A stretch of 64,000 nt of DNA from an uncultured Nitrososphaerales archaeon. GTDB taxonomy: Archaea > Thermoproteota > Nitrososphaeria > Nitrososphaerales > Nitrososphaeraceae. The stretch is taken from assembly GCA_963841565.1 (NCBI GenBank), contig CAWJCY010000013.1, forward strand, positions 56,589-120,588, in the 5' to 3' direction. This document shows, one piece after another, positions 52,956 through 64,000 of this stretch. Each line of letters opens with the position of its first letter. The first letter of the stretch is position 1. A program made the position numbers and the translations under genes. The notes under the pieces were generated by a model that searched no databases, was not told the DNA's origin, and saw nothing but the letters and a program-made list of their open reading frames with translations.

Positions 52956-54156
52956 CTACATACTCTTAACGTATAGCAGGAATCCTTCTGATTTAGATAT
53001 ACCAAATTTTGCAAGTACATCTGAAATTTCGTAAAAATCAGATTTTTCATTATGCATTTGATTTGGCATAAATAGCTGAATTCTATCAAATTTGCTTGAT
53101 GATATGACCCAATTCACAACAAAAACCAGCAGTTTCTCCAAGGAAGCCGAGGTCGGAGCATCAAGATAGACTAATTGAAACGATGTGTGCTCATCAACAT
53201 TATTCCCTGAATCGTCTTCTTTACTAGTAATCTGTTTTCGTCCCTCATCTCCACTTTGTATTTGTTCTTCCCAAGAATTTTCAAGAATATGATTATTTGT
53301 AATTGCTAATCCTCCAATTTTCTTAATATCTTTGGTTCTAACAACTACTATATTTTTTCTGGCTATTAGTTCCAAGATTTTAGAGCCTTCTAAATCCAAT
53401 TCATACCATTTCCAAGACTGAACAAATCTTCGACCGCTAGAATCGAAAGTTTTTGATCTTGATAGAAAAGTGATAATGTCATCGATATCATTTATTGATG
53501 CGAACGAAACATGCATGTTGCTACAAAAGGTGGTAGTATCACTTGTAGGAACGCTACTTCGATTGTTTTCAAAGATGTCCTTCCTAATTACTAAACCATC
53601 TATGTTTGTATGATGGCCATTTTCCTTGTACCCTGTGTAATATGTCCATTGAGCTCTCTCTTGGAACCCATTCTTTTCCAACATACGTTTTGACGCAATA
53701 TTAGTTTCAGCTGTTATCGCGGCTGCCTCTCTAATATTAGTGTCTATCTTTTTCCCATATTCTATCATTCGAGCTATGAGCTCAGAAGCAATTCCATTAC
53801 GTCGGTACTTAGGATTAATTCTTATTCCCTCAAGCCATACCTGTTTCCTCTTTGGACAAACGTAAGCATGTGATACCCCTACAACTTGACGTGCATTAGA
53901 AGTGAGGCTTCTGATCTCAAGGGCTTCTGCAGCTTCGACTAACTTTGCATCGTCTGGATAAGTGTCATTTGATATTATTTCGGCGACCAGTAAGCTGCCA
54001 TTGAGATTCGAATACCAAGTATCCCATACTTCATGAATGTAGTCTCCCCACCGAAATGTATTACTACAGAATCCTAAAATTTTCGATTTGTCAGATTCAG
54101 TTGCTTTTCTTACTTTAATTTCAATGTTTAGAATACCTCTGATTCTGCAATTTCAT
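52956..54156 (-). CDS. GNAT acetyltransferase; real N-terminus lies upstream of the ORF-track start, +1 frameshift at about 54128
   Basis: Frame stays open upstream of 53768: IKVRKATESD...FRWGDYI...WLEGIRINPKYRRNGIA; ATG 54156 (MKLQNQRYS) is one base out of frame. Confidence 0.8.
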
Positions 54157-54744
54157 TGTTTCTGTTACGTCGCTAGGGTAAAATGATTGATGTTGCATTA
54201 AATTCTAACATGCTGAATATTACGATCCATTACTTATCATTTTAAACAATACACACAAAATGAAAGTCGTAATCAAATCTAATTAGAAAAGTGTAATTTA
54301 TCTTAATGAAATAATTTTTGGCATAATAGAATCAATATCAATATGTATTCATTTTTAATCGTGTGAATCGTACTCCACGAACACAACGGTCACTGATTTC
54401 CTTGAATACATGAGTCAATGCAGTTATAGATATTGATTGAGGGGAGCATAATATCTGTGAAGATAAAACAGAACTTCAACGAGGATAATTGTGTTCTCAA
54501 ATGGGTATCTTTCAAGAGAAATGTTAGCTCTTGTGCGTTTGTCTTCCTGATGGCGTCCGCTCTTGACGATACTAAGAAAATCAGAGGTATTCAGATTGCT
54601 ATGGGACCCTAAACAGGGAGGAGACCTAACCCATTTTCTTCCTACAAAATTATCAAAAAAGGTGCTCAATGTAAGCAAATAATCGGTATTTTGGGGAACA
54701 ATTTAGGGCGTAAGTCATATCTTTACAAATCGTATTAGTTGTTT

Positions 54745-55460
54745 CCCACAAGGTTGTATAGACTGCTACCTATATGCTCTCGGGATACTTTAAACACAAA
54801 GATTCTGAAGGAAATACGGGAAAATTAGGGCCTAGGGATGTGCAGTGGATGACGTCAGGGAGAGGCATAAAACATTCAGAGATGCCCGAGAAAAGTTTTG
54901 CATTAAAGGTTGGTAAATTCATAGTCTCCAGCTCTGCGTTAACCTGCCGAAATCTGATAAGATGACGGCATCGAGATATCAAGATCTTTGCGCTTCCAAT
55001 ATTCCTACAGTTCAAAGGTCTGATGGAAATATTAGCATCAAGGTAATTGCAGGCACAGCAATGTGGACCAATGCAGTCATAGAGACGAAAATGCTAATCA
55101 ATTACCTTCATTTAACTATAAAACCGGGATCCAAAGTGTTACCAAGTGTTCCTAAGAACTATAACACTTTCGCCATGGTATTAATGGAACAAGAATGTTT
55201 GGAAGGGATAACCAAGTCGCATCAAAAGGACAAATAGTTCTATTTAGAAATGATGGCGATCAGGTCCAAATCAAAGAGGCAGGTACTCTCTCTGCTGACA
55301 ACAACAATCTCGACGACGGCAATAGAGTAGTCCTTAATGTATTGTTAACTGGAGGAATCCCGCTGAATGATCCGGTAACAAGATATGGACCCTCTGTAAT
55401 GAATGTACAAGATGAAATTTATCAGCCGATCTTAGGCTATCGAAGTCGGAGGCTAGGAAT
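54745..55460 (+). pseudogene. Pirin-family pseudogene
   Basis: Decayed HRGFETVTY (HKVV*TATYML), HKDSEGN...DVQWMTSGRGIKHSEMP, VIAG and RYGPSVMN spread over several frames. Confidence 0.85.
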
Positions 55461-55893
55461 GGTAAGTCCTCGATCGACAGCTAGGACACTTTGGTTCTGC
55501 TCTAAGCACACAACTAAAATTGAAGGGATCAGTATAGTTGGCTTAATCATTGCGTGTCCTTGGACAAGGTTACATTTTTAGTTCATATTACATCTTGGAA
55601 ACTTCAGACTATAACATTCTCTTATTGATTATTACACAATTATTTGATTCCTAGTTTCGACGAATGAGCGTGAAATTCTTATATCACGATCAGGAACACA
55701 ATTGGCAATTTTGAACAAAAATCTGTGAAATCAGCAGACGAACTCACAGAAAATGTAACAAAATATCCTACGAGCTTCGGTATCGTCACTTAAAGGCAAT
55801 CACAATCAATTGATGTTAACAAACTAGAAATTGGGCCTTGAATGGTGACGGAGCATTTATCTACCTACCTCGTTAAGACCGACGAGATTTAGG

Positions 55894-56985
55894 TTGAGTC
55901 ATTTCACCAAAAATTATCGGCAAAGTCCAATTTACCGAACCCTCTTCAGTCGATATGATATACTACTACTTCTCAGGTCACAGCTTCTTCTCTTTAACTC
56001 CAGGAAGAAATGGGGGTTACTTTTCGCAGTAGCAACGATCTCAGGAATGTTTTGTGTACCCTCAGCATTAAATCAGATTCAAGGTAACATCTTTGGGTCC
56101 TTCGACAACCGCGTGTCCTTATTGATAAGTTTCCTTCTACCAATATCTACACTTCTCATAATTACCGGCATGTATGTGCTTAACGATTTGTTTGACGCCG
56201 ATCTTGATCGCAGCAACGGGAAAACTAATCGTCCTATATCGTCTGGAAAAGTCTCCAAGGGCCATGCGTTACTATTTGTTATAATGACAAATGTAATTGG
56301 ACTCTCTATTCCTGTTTGTACTAATAATCTATTGGGGATTTTATTGACATCGATGATAGCATTAATTGGTATTCTGTATTCACTTCCAAAGGTTTCACTA
56401 AAAGACAGATATATCATAAAAACCTGCGCCATTGGAATAGCTATGGCGAATTCGTTGTTACTTGGGGCAAGCATTTACTTGCATGAGGATATTGGGACTG
56501 ATACTGGTAACGCTTTTCGCTGGATTAGTGGTCATCTGGAAGGTTTAATATTATATCCTATTTTTGCAGGAGCTATGCTCTTTATAATGGTCTTTGTTAC
56601 ATCACCACTGAATGATTTAGGAGATATTAAGGGGGACAGGGAGGCGGGTAGGAGGACTATTCCGATTGTGATTGGAAAAAAAAATACTGTAAGGCTTTGT
56701 CTGTTAATAACCATTGGCATTGCTTTCTCATCATGGATGTTTTATGTTACTTCAAATTCCTATAATGAAGGCAACGGAACTGAGTTGCATAACAATGTCA
56801 ATTCAATCTCGATAGCGCTTCCTTTGGCTGTTTCTGGTACATGTCTCTTGATTATTTTTCACCTGTTGAACGTATTGAAAAAAATGGAAGACCAAAATTA
56901 CATTAGGGAATCGGTGAGTAAAAAGTCAATGCCATTGCATTTACTATTGCAATTATCTCTCGTTATCGGCTGCCTGTTACAGTAA
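55894..56985 (+). CDS. UbiA-family prenyltransferase
   Basis: NDLFDADLD...RPISSG and NDLGDIKGD...GRRTIP Asp-rich motifs; multiple TM helices. Confidence 0.9.
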   Translation: MSHFTKNYRQSPIYRTLFSRYDILLLLRSQLLLFNSRKKWGLLFAVATISGMFCVPSALNQIQGNIFGSFDNRVSLLISFLLPISTLLIITGMYVLNDLFDADLDRSNGKTNRPISSGKVSKGHALLFVIMTNVIGLSIPVCTNNLLGILLTSMIALIGILYSLPKVSLKDRYIIKTCAIGIAMANSLLLGASIYLHEDIGTDTGNAFRWISGHLEGLILYPIFAGAMLFIMVFVTSPLNDLGDIKGDREAGRRTIPIVIGKKNTVRLCLLITIGIAFSSWMFYVTSNSYNEGNGTELHNNVNSISIALPLAVSGTCLLIIFHLLNVLKKMEDQNYIRESVSKKSMPLHLLLQLSLVIGCLLQ

Positions 56986-57171
56986 TGTAGTAATTTTGAA
57001 CCATTTAAAGCCTGTGCTGAAGCCAAATCTTAAGGATGTCTTGATCATTAGCCATCTTTTCTCTGTTTAAGAAACCTATTGTCGCCGCTATGGTCAACTG
57101 GACAAAAGTAGTAAATCTACAGATGGATCTATTGAGAGCATATAGTCAAAGAAAGGGTGAGGAAGGGCTAG

Positions 57172-57543
57172 CTATGCTTTGATAAATTGTCTTAACTTTT
57201 CGTTCTTCACTAGGGCATCCATTATCTTACTACGTTCAGAATCCGGAATGCCAGATGAATCGAGAACATCTAATGCCTTTAGCTTCCAGTATTCCTCTGA
57301 TACTGCTTGCATTAACACAAGGTGCCAGTCAAAAACTACCTTCCCAAACGAAGTCAGATGATATTTTCCGTTTGCCTTGCTAACTAGATTGTAAATAATC
57401 AATGCATGAAGCCTCGAATAGAATTGTTTTCGTGTTAACTGCAGATTAGCAATCGAAAGTGATTCACCCTCCTTAATCACAGATAGCATTTCCCTACACT
57501 TGTCATCTGAAATACAATTCAAAATTTGGGATTCTGTTACCAA
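57172..57543 (-). CDS. Winged-helix DNA-binding protein
   Basis: LTRKQFYSRL..L....LV....GKYHLTSFG. Confidence 0.75.
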   Translation of the reverse strand: MVTESQILNCISDDKCREMLSVIKEGESLSIANLQLTRKQFYSRLHALIIYNLVSKANGKYHLTSFGKVVFDWHLVLMQAVSEEYWKLKALDVLDSSGIPDSERSKIMDALVKNEKLRQFIKA

Positions 57544-58563
57544 ATATACTTGAAATAGGAAAATATGGCTTTATTAATCTTTTGAAGGATGATGATAGTC
57601 AAGTCCTATGTGCCGCGCTGGAAAGGAAACTGGATCTCAGCAACGGTTGAGTGGAAGGATCTTACTCACTATCTTTACTAACCCAAATAGCAACATCTCA
57701 AACAATGAGATAAAGCCGGATTGAAATTTAGAAAAAGCGGACCAAATCTAGTTCATTGTATCATTACCTGGAACTAGATAAGTAAATAATTCGCCGAGAT
57801 ATTAAGAAAATTGGTAGTGTGGAGCAAAAGGATACGATTCTGTTGATTAGAATTTAGAGGACAATAAGCAATTGTCCAAGCTTAGAATTTGTTTAAAGGT
57901 CTTCTCTCTCATTTTTCGATCTCTGGAATGATTGTTGTTGTTTACTAAGGTTCTCCTAAGGACAGGCCGGATAGCCTGTTATCTATTTAATGCTAAGTGA
58001 GACCATGGCATTGGATACAAAAAGTCCTAACTAAGAGTGGAAATTATCCTACTCATCTAAACGGGTATCACTGAGGCTCTCATTGTTCATGAATTCTGCA
58101 TTTTTTTTCATCAATGGTATTGGATCTGGTCTCATCTTCGTCTTCACCAGCCTTATCATCATCTCGGTCGTTGCTAATCGTCTCATGATAAAAGCTTGGT
58201 TGATATGCGGCCCAAATACACACTGCGACAAATCTCAAAAATTTCATAATATCTGGAAATTCCCAGACATAAATAGAGGAGCTGACAGTTCCCATTGGTA
58301 TGACGAAAGCCACTAATGCAAGTAGATGTCTGATATTTCTAATAACTCCAGATTCATTAGACTGATATCAAACTTGGAACGAGTCAGTCTTGCTCCGCTA
58401 AGCAGATTGGCAAAGCGAAGTAGATGAAAGGATAACCGTGAGGTACGCTTCAGCTGATCACATTACCTATAGGTGGCTTCATAACCTGTAAAATGGTATT
58501 ACTTTACCTCTTCTATAATAAAAAAAGGCTAAATTGCAGAGCAAATGACGATAAGTTGAAGTA

Positions 58564-60066
58564 TTGAAAGACAAATACGAGTATCGAAATGTTTTCACTG
58601 ATTACTTACCTCTTGCTATCAACCATGAATCAATAGAAATGGCATTAAGTGTAGCAAGGGAGAGGGGATCAAATTATCCTGTATTAGCAATAGTGACAGG
58701 CACAAAGCCTGATTTCTATAAACAAGCTCCTCTTGTAACAGAAGCAATGAAACGCCGTATCCCATCTTTTGTTATAGATACCGGTCAACATTTTGATACC
58801 ACTTTAGGTTATGGTATACAAGAATTCAATATCCAAGAGTCGGTAGCTTGCAACTTGCAAGTTAGAGGGAACCTGATGGAAAAGGCAAGCGAATTATTAT
58901 TGAAATTTGCAATGTTTGGTAAAATCTTTAAGGAAAAATTTCCTGGCCGTACGATACTTCCAGTTGTCCATGGCGATACCCTTGTGGCAGGTATCACACC
59001 TCTGTCCTGGCTCTTTGGACTTGGGCAAAAAGTTGCCCAAAACGAGGCTGGCCTTCGCTCCATGAGCCCCAAATACGTGAGAAAGCTAACATTGAGTGAG
59101 CCAAACGAGGGCCAGATTGAGGATTTTGTTAATTCGCAATTTGACAGTAGTTATTGGTTCATAGCACGCGATGAGCCATTTCCTGAACAAGTTGATACGT
59201 GGATCTGTTCAGCAGGGGCACAGTTTTTTTTTGCGCCGACCTTGCTTAACCGAGACAACCTCATTAGAGAAGGCTACCCAGAGGACTTGATCTATGTAGT
59301 AGGAAATTCTGTGGTTGACGCGATTGAGATGAAACGGAGAACCAAATCACAATCGAGTATATTTGAATTATATCCAGAATTATTGTCTGAGATTGCTTTG
59401 ACGTCCTCTTTGAATGGTGCTCCGACAATACGCGACGAATGGATAAGAGTTGATATTCATCGAAGAGAAAATCTCACTCCCTCTAGATTCTCAGTTATAG
59501 TCAAGAGCCTGATAGAGTTGGTCAAGGCCGGTTATAGAGTAATTCTGATCAAGCTTACCGCTACGCAACATGCTCTGGACAGGTACGGACTAACTGACTT
59601 ACTAGACATGCTTCAAAGGGAATATCCACGTTCCTTTATTCAAACTCCTCTATGGAAGGAATATGGCCATGTTATAGAATTTCTAGACAGCGGACGCTGT
59701 TGGTTGGAACTCACCGATTCAGGTTCCATGCAGGAAGAGCTACTTTATTTTCCTGGGGTTAATTCAGTCACAGTTAGACTCAACACGGATAGACCGGAGA
59801 CAATATTTGAAGCACAAGGAAATGTCCTCGCTCCTCCGGTAAGTCCTGAGTGGATAGTAGAGATAGTGAAGCGAGTCGACCAAGACAAGATTCCTCTGTA
59901 CAGCAATAAAAGGAAGAAGAAGATCTATGGGGAACCAGGTCAGGTCTCTCCTAAAGTGATAAATATCCTAAAGAAACATTTTGATGAGAACTATAATTTT
60001 TATCCTTGGTTGCATAACAGACTTGGACTATGGAAAGAGCCAGACTCGGAATTCACTTACCTGTGA
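58564..60066 (+). CDS. Divergent UDP-N-acetylglucosamine 2-epimerase family protein
   Basis: GTKPDFYK, TGQHFD, VHGDT, EAGLRS, HRREN, TDSGSMQEE. Confidence 0.85.
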   Translation: MKDKYEYRNVFTDYLPLAINHESIEMALSVARERGSNYPVLAIVTGTKPDFYKQAPLVTEAMKRRIPSFVIDTGQHFDTTLGYGIQEFNIQESVACNLQVRGNLMEKASELLLKFAMFGKIFKEKFPGRTILPVVHGDTLVAGITPLSWLFGLGQKVAQNEAGLRSMSPKYVRKLTLSEPNEGQIEDFVNSQFDSSYWFIARDEPFPEQVDTWICSAGAQFFFAPTLLNRDNLIREGYPEDLIYVVGNSVVDAIEMKRRTKSQSSIFELYPELLSEIALTSSLNGAPTIRDEWIRVDIHRRENLTPSRFSVIVKSLIELVKAGYRVILIKLTATQHALDRYGLTDLLDMLQREYPRSFIQTPLWKEYGHVIEFLDSGRCWLELTDSGSMQEELLYFPGVNSVTVRLNTDRPETIFEAQGNVLAPPVSPEWIVEIVKRVDQDKIPLYSNKRKKKIYGEPGQVSPKVINILKKHFDENYNFYPWLHNRLGLWKEPDSEFTYL

Positions 60067-60168
60067 CCATCGTTCCTTTTCCCGTTAGAACCGATTGTAT
60101 GATATTAATATGTCAAGTCACTGGGTCTGCAGCCAGCGTACGCACTTGAACCCCTTAAGGTCCTTGAA

Positions 60169-61398
60169 ATGAAAATTGTGTCGGTGGTCGGCGCTAGGCC
60201 TAACTTTGTAAAATTAGCTCCAGTTCATAAATCGCTATCACCGCATTGCGATCACATAATCATCCACACAGGCCAGCATTATGACTATGAAATGTCGGAT
60301 ATTTTCTTCAAAGAGCTCCAGATCCCGAGGCCCGATATCAATCTTGGAGTTGGTTCGACAAGCCCTGGTGAACAGATAGGCAAGATGATAAAAGGGGTGG
60401 AGGCGGAGTTGGGATTTGGGAAAAGTGAGGGTGATGGTAGTGGAGGTGTTGCATCAAAACCTGATTTAGTCATTGTGTACGGAGATACAAATTCAACTCT
60501 TGCGGGTGCCTTTGCAGCGTCGGTGAATAATATACCAGTTGCGCACATAGAAGCTGGTCTCAGGAGTTTTGACAGAAGGATGCCAGAAGAGCGAAATCGG
60601 ATCCTAACTGATCATTTGAGTGATCTCCTGCTCGCTCCAACTGGCACAGCTGCGACGAATCTGAAAAATGAACATGCGGCGGGAAGAATCATTAACTCTG
60701 GGGATATTTCAGTTGAAGTAGTTAATGAAGCATGGAAATTCTCAAAAAATTCAGTGATTTTGAAAGAACTATCTTTAGAATCTAGAAAATTTATCCTCTT
60801 CACAATGCATAGAGCTGAGAGTACTGGCTCATACTCAAACCTTAAAGCAATTGTGGAATCATTTCAAGATTTAAAAAAGCAGTCGCATGATCGGTCCTCG
60901 TCATCAGCTTTGGTGGGGCCGAAGATTTCGAGTATAGGCAGTTCTAGTTCCACCAACAAACACAATGTCCATGGGCATCAATTGCAGATAGTATTTCCGA
61001 TACATCCAAGAACTGAGAAAATACTCAAAACGTACGGACTATACGACAAACTGGTTGGTTTAGAAAATGTCAAGATAATTAAACCATTAGGCTATATCGA
61101 CTTTCTCCGGCTTGTGAAGGAATCCTACAAAGTGATTACTGATTCAGGTGGACTTCAAAAAGAAGCCTATCTCTGCTCCATTCCATGCATCACTATTAGA
61201 AAAAGCACTGAATGGATAGAAACTTTACAAGGAGGATGGAATAAACTTTGTTCCTTCAAGAAGGATGAGATAGTAGACCTTATTCTTCAGCCAAGCTCAT
61301 CGTTGGAGAAAAATTATAGCAAGGATATATTTGGCAGTGGAAATGCTTCGGAGATAATTCGGGATTCCATCATTTTCGGATATTATAAAGGGTCGTAG
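60169..61398 (+). CDS. wecB: UDP-N-acetylglucosamine 2-epimerase (non-hydrolysing)
   Basis: GARPNFVK, HTGQHYD, YGDTNS, HIEAGLRSFD, TDSGGLQKEA. Confidence 0.93.
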   Translation: MKIVSVVGARPNFVKLAPVHKSLSPHCDHIIIHTGQHYDYEMSDIFFKELQIPRPDINLGVGSTSPGEQIGKMIKGVEAELGFGKSEGDGSGGVASKPDLVIVYGDTNSTLAGAFAASVNNIPVAHIEAGLRSFDRRMPEERNRILTDHLSDLLLAPTGTAATNLKNEHAAGRIINSGDISVEVVNEAWKFSKNSVILKELSLESRKFILFTMHRAESTGSYSNLKAIVESFQDLKKQSHDRSSSSALVGPKISSIGSSSSTNKHNVHGHQLQIVFPIHPRTEKILKTYGLYDKLVGLENVKIIKPLGYIDFLRLVKESYKVITDSGGLQKEAYLCSIPCITIRKSTEWIETLQGGWNKLCSFKKDEIVDLILQPSSSLEKNYSKDIFGSGNASEIIRDSIIFGYYKGS

Positions 61399-61668
61399 TG
61401 ATACGGCTCTGCTTCAAATGCAGTTAAAATGAATATCTAAGATTTGTTCTCGATCGCAAATTGCCCCATGTAGACGAATCGCTTTAATCTTACAACGACT
61501 AACGTTACTACTGATGATATTCTATAACGGCCTAGTATCCTTCATTTAATGAAGGTCGACAATGCTTTTTTGCTAGTATATCACTACGCATTTAGGTAGC
61601 TTTGAAAGCAGGTTCTGCCCAATATCACTAGAAATATATCCTTCATTTCTGCAACTTCTAGAAGTAAA

Positions 61669-62559
61669 ATGGTAAAAAGAGGAGGTGTTGCTTTGGTTAC
61701 AGGCAGCTCAACTGGAATAGGATTTGAAACGTCACTGGCTCTTTCGCGTAGCGGGATTCACACATTTGCTACGATGCGGGCACCTCAAAAAGGTGATACC
61801 GTTAATAGAATAGCTAAAGAAGAAAATCTTCCGCTAACTATCCTAGGAATGGATGTAAATAATGAAGATTCCGTAAGAGAAACAGTACTAAAAATAGTTG
61901 ATAATGTGAACAGGATTGATATTTTAGTAAATAATGCAGGATACGGTTTGTTTGGCGCTTTAGAAGATATGTCTACTGAGGAGATAAAGAAACAATTTGA
62001 GACGAATTACTTCGGAGCAGTAAGAGTCATCAAAGAGGTCTTACCAACAATGAGGAAGCAAAGAAGCGGGACTATCGTAAATATTACCTCAATTGCAGGG
62101 GTGGTAGGAATACCTGGTGAATGCATATACTCAAGTTCAAAATTCGCATTGGAGGGACTGAGCGAATCAATATCATATGAACTTCAACCGTACGGGATCA
62201 AGGTGATTCTGATAGAACCTGGTGTCATCAATACAAATTTCGTACCAAACATTAGATTTCCAAGTAAAGCCAAAGAAAAGACAAAGCGTACTATCGCGGC
62301 GGGTAAGAACGGTTCGTTTTCATATTATTCTAAAACAATAGACGCATTTCTATCTCACTACTATCCCCTAATGAAGAACGCGCCCTCTCCAACAATGGTC
62401 TCGAAGAAGATCATTGAAGCTGTCAAGAATGCATCAATGTCCTCTCAGTGTTTTTTCAGGTACACGGTAGGAGAAGATTCAAAAAATTTGGCTGCCGCAA
62501 AAAAGGATATGTCAGATTTCCAACTACACGATTATATCTCAAAAAGAATGCTCGGTTAA
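61669..62559 (+). CDS. Short-chain dehydrogenase/reductase
   Basis: TGSSTGIG, NNAGYG, YSSSK (YxxxK), EPG. Confidence 0.93.
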   Translation: MVKRGGVALVTGSSTGIGFETSLALSRSGIHTFATMRAPQKGDTVNRIAKEENLPLTILGMDVNNEDSVRETVLKIVDNVNRIDILVNNAGYGLFGALEDMSTEEIKKQFETNYFGAVRVIKEVLPTMRKQRSGTIVNITSIAGVVGIPGECIYSSSKFALEGLSESISYELQPYGIKVILIEPGVINTNFVPNIRFPSKAKEKTKRTIAAGKNGSFSYYSKTIDAFLSHYYPLMKNAPSPTMVSKKIIEAVKNASMSSQCFFRYTVGEDSKNLAAAKKDMSDFQLHDYISKRMLG

Positions 62560-63441
62560 GTTATGATTGGAAGCAGTACTGTGCCGCACCGGCAACGAAA
62601 GAAGGTCTTTGACTTCATAATATTATGACTATAGTCAGTAAATGAATACCTCTATAGGTCTTCATGCATAATAATACTAAAGGTAATTCCTGAAAGGAAA
62701 TAAGTGATGAGTACGACTAATCAAAATTGCTAGATCTCCTGATTCACAGCAATTAAAGTTTTAAGTAAGATATGCTATACGACATATGCAAAATGGGCAT
62801 GAATATTTCAGTTAGATTCTTGCCGGATCACTGGTTGTATCTCTAATAATGGTTTCAAAATTGCGTGTTGATTGTCTAGAACTGATCGCCTATCTTGAAT
62901 TGATCTCAAGATAGGTATTATTGTTGTACCAATTATTTTGGAATGATACGCATAATTATTGTCTGTAAGCAATATTATTAAATAAGAAAGAAAAAGGAGA
63001 ACTTGTGGATTTGTCATAACTGCTGTCGCCTGTTACTTTTTTGAAAGTTGCAGAAATATCAGTGAAGGACATATGGACAGTTTTCGCCGTCTCTAGCGTC
63101 CTCTGGAAACTGCCTTCCAACCAAAGAGCGCAAAAAGAGTAATTTATTACTCCTCACTGGAACCGTCCTTAATTTGACCATATTCTCATGAAGTTTATGT
63201 ATAAAGATATCATTTCTATGTACGTCATCTGGATCATCTCTTTTTCGCAACTACGCCATAACTTCATAATTGAGATAGATTTCATATGTTAACACATCGC
63301 CAGCATAACCGAAAATAATATTTGTAAATGCCCGAGATATCATTGATTCATATCTCAAGAACACAGGTGTCCCGGTATTAGCAACAAAAATACTTAGGAT
63401 GAAGGGTTAAGAATTTAAGCAACCTAAAATCAATTGAACTA

Positions 63442-63693
63442 ATGGTCGAAATTTTATATCAAGATTTAAGCAAGTCCGATTCAAATTATTACTATATCGG
63501 CATACCTAAGGATTGGAGCGGAGCTAATGACAATGAAGTGACTGTAATCGTGGACGATGTATGTGTCATTGTTCCTCAAACAATTGCTGGGGCAACAGGT
63601 GAGCTAATAGTTCTAAGATTGCTTGAAGCAATGATGGCTGGAGACATAATTGATGCTGGAGATATACAGAAGGCAATAGAACACATTCTCTAG
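63442..63693 (+). CDS. Small hypothetical protein (possibly AbrB-like)
   Basis: YYIGIPKDW resembles the AbrB-type I.IPK.W strand. Confidence 0.5.
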   Translation: MVEILYQDLSKSDSNYYYIGIPKDWSGANDNEVTVIVDDVCVIVPQTIAGATGELIVLRLLEAMMAGDIIDAGDIQKAIEHIL

Positions 63694-63901
63694 CCTCTAT
63701 CATTTTTCAGATCAATAAATAATATAAATTCCTCATTAGATACCACTGGCTTTTCTTATAAAGCTCCTTTTATGTCCGGTATTAGGCATGAGTGGATCAA
63801 AAGCTGTAACAAGTTACAATTTTATGTAAACTATCAAAATTAGACCAATAGCATAATATTCAAATCATGTATATATCAGGCTATCCTTATCTGTAACTAT
63901 A

Positions 63902-64000
63902 TTGGACAGCAAGCGCTATTATGCAGTTCTTGGTGTATCTGAGCATGCAAGTTATCAAGAAATCAAGAGAGCATATAGGCGTTTAGCGAGAAAATATCAT
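63902..64000 (+). CDS. DnaJ-domain protein, N-terminal part (runs off the window)
   Basis: TTG start; DSKRYYAVLGVSEHASYQEIKRAYRRLARKYH. Confidence 0.85.
   Translation, partial: MDSKRYYAVLGVSEHASYQEIKRAYRRLARKYH

Noticed and set aside
55894-56985. Calling the UbiA protein DGGGP synthase
   Set aside because: The motifs are shared across UbiA subfamilies; this cannot be resolved without a phylogeny.
57600-58500. Short overlapping ORFs 58049-58316, and similar ones at 17281-17503, 21341-21580, 24236-24469, 33224-33418 and 62808-63250
   Set aside because: No recognisable motifs and conflicting frames; probably decayed or spurious.

Overview
Archaeal chromosomal DNA, AT-rich and with low coding density, most consistent with a soil ammonia-oxidising archaeon of the Nitrososphaeraceae. 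This is inferred from a PAC2 chaperone, XPB/Rad25 helicase, PaREP1, a repeat-sensor histidine kinase, a PQQ-dependent dehydrogenase, many secreted proteins and BRE/TATA promoters. I saw no rRNA, tRNA, CRISPR array, integrase or transposase. The best candidate for an undescribed system is a coupled two-gene operon (39793-37079, minus strand): a Cas4/Dna2-type Fe-S PD-(D/E)XK nuclease followed by a UPF1/Dna2-type SF1 helicase, i.e. an apparent Dna2 split into two genes, with an inverted G-rich leader. Also notable: (i) a dispersed ~40-45 bp motif (AGTAACAAAGT-N13-16-TTAARATATCACTAG) in three clear copies, two of which flank a PaREP1/HEPN gene as direct repeats; (ii) a divergent CDF exporter / secreted His-rich protein pair with a perfect 16-bp palindrome between them; (iii) several strong intergenic hairpins; (iv) six otherwise intact genes each broken by a net +1 frameshift, probably sequencing error, alongside real multi-lesion pseudogenes. 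All family calls come from recognising motifs by eye; no database searches were run.
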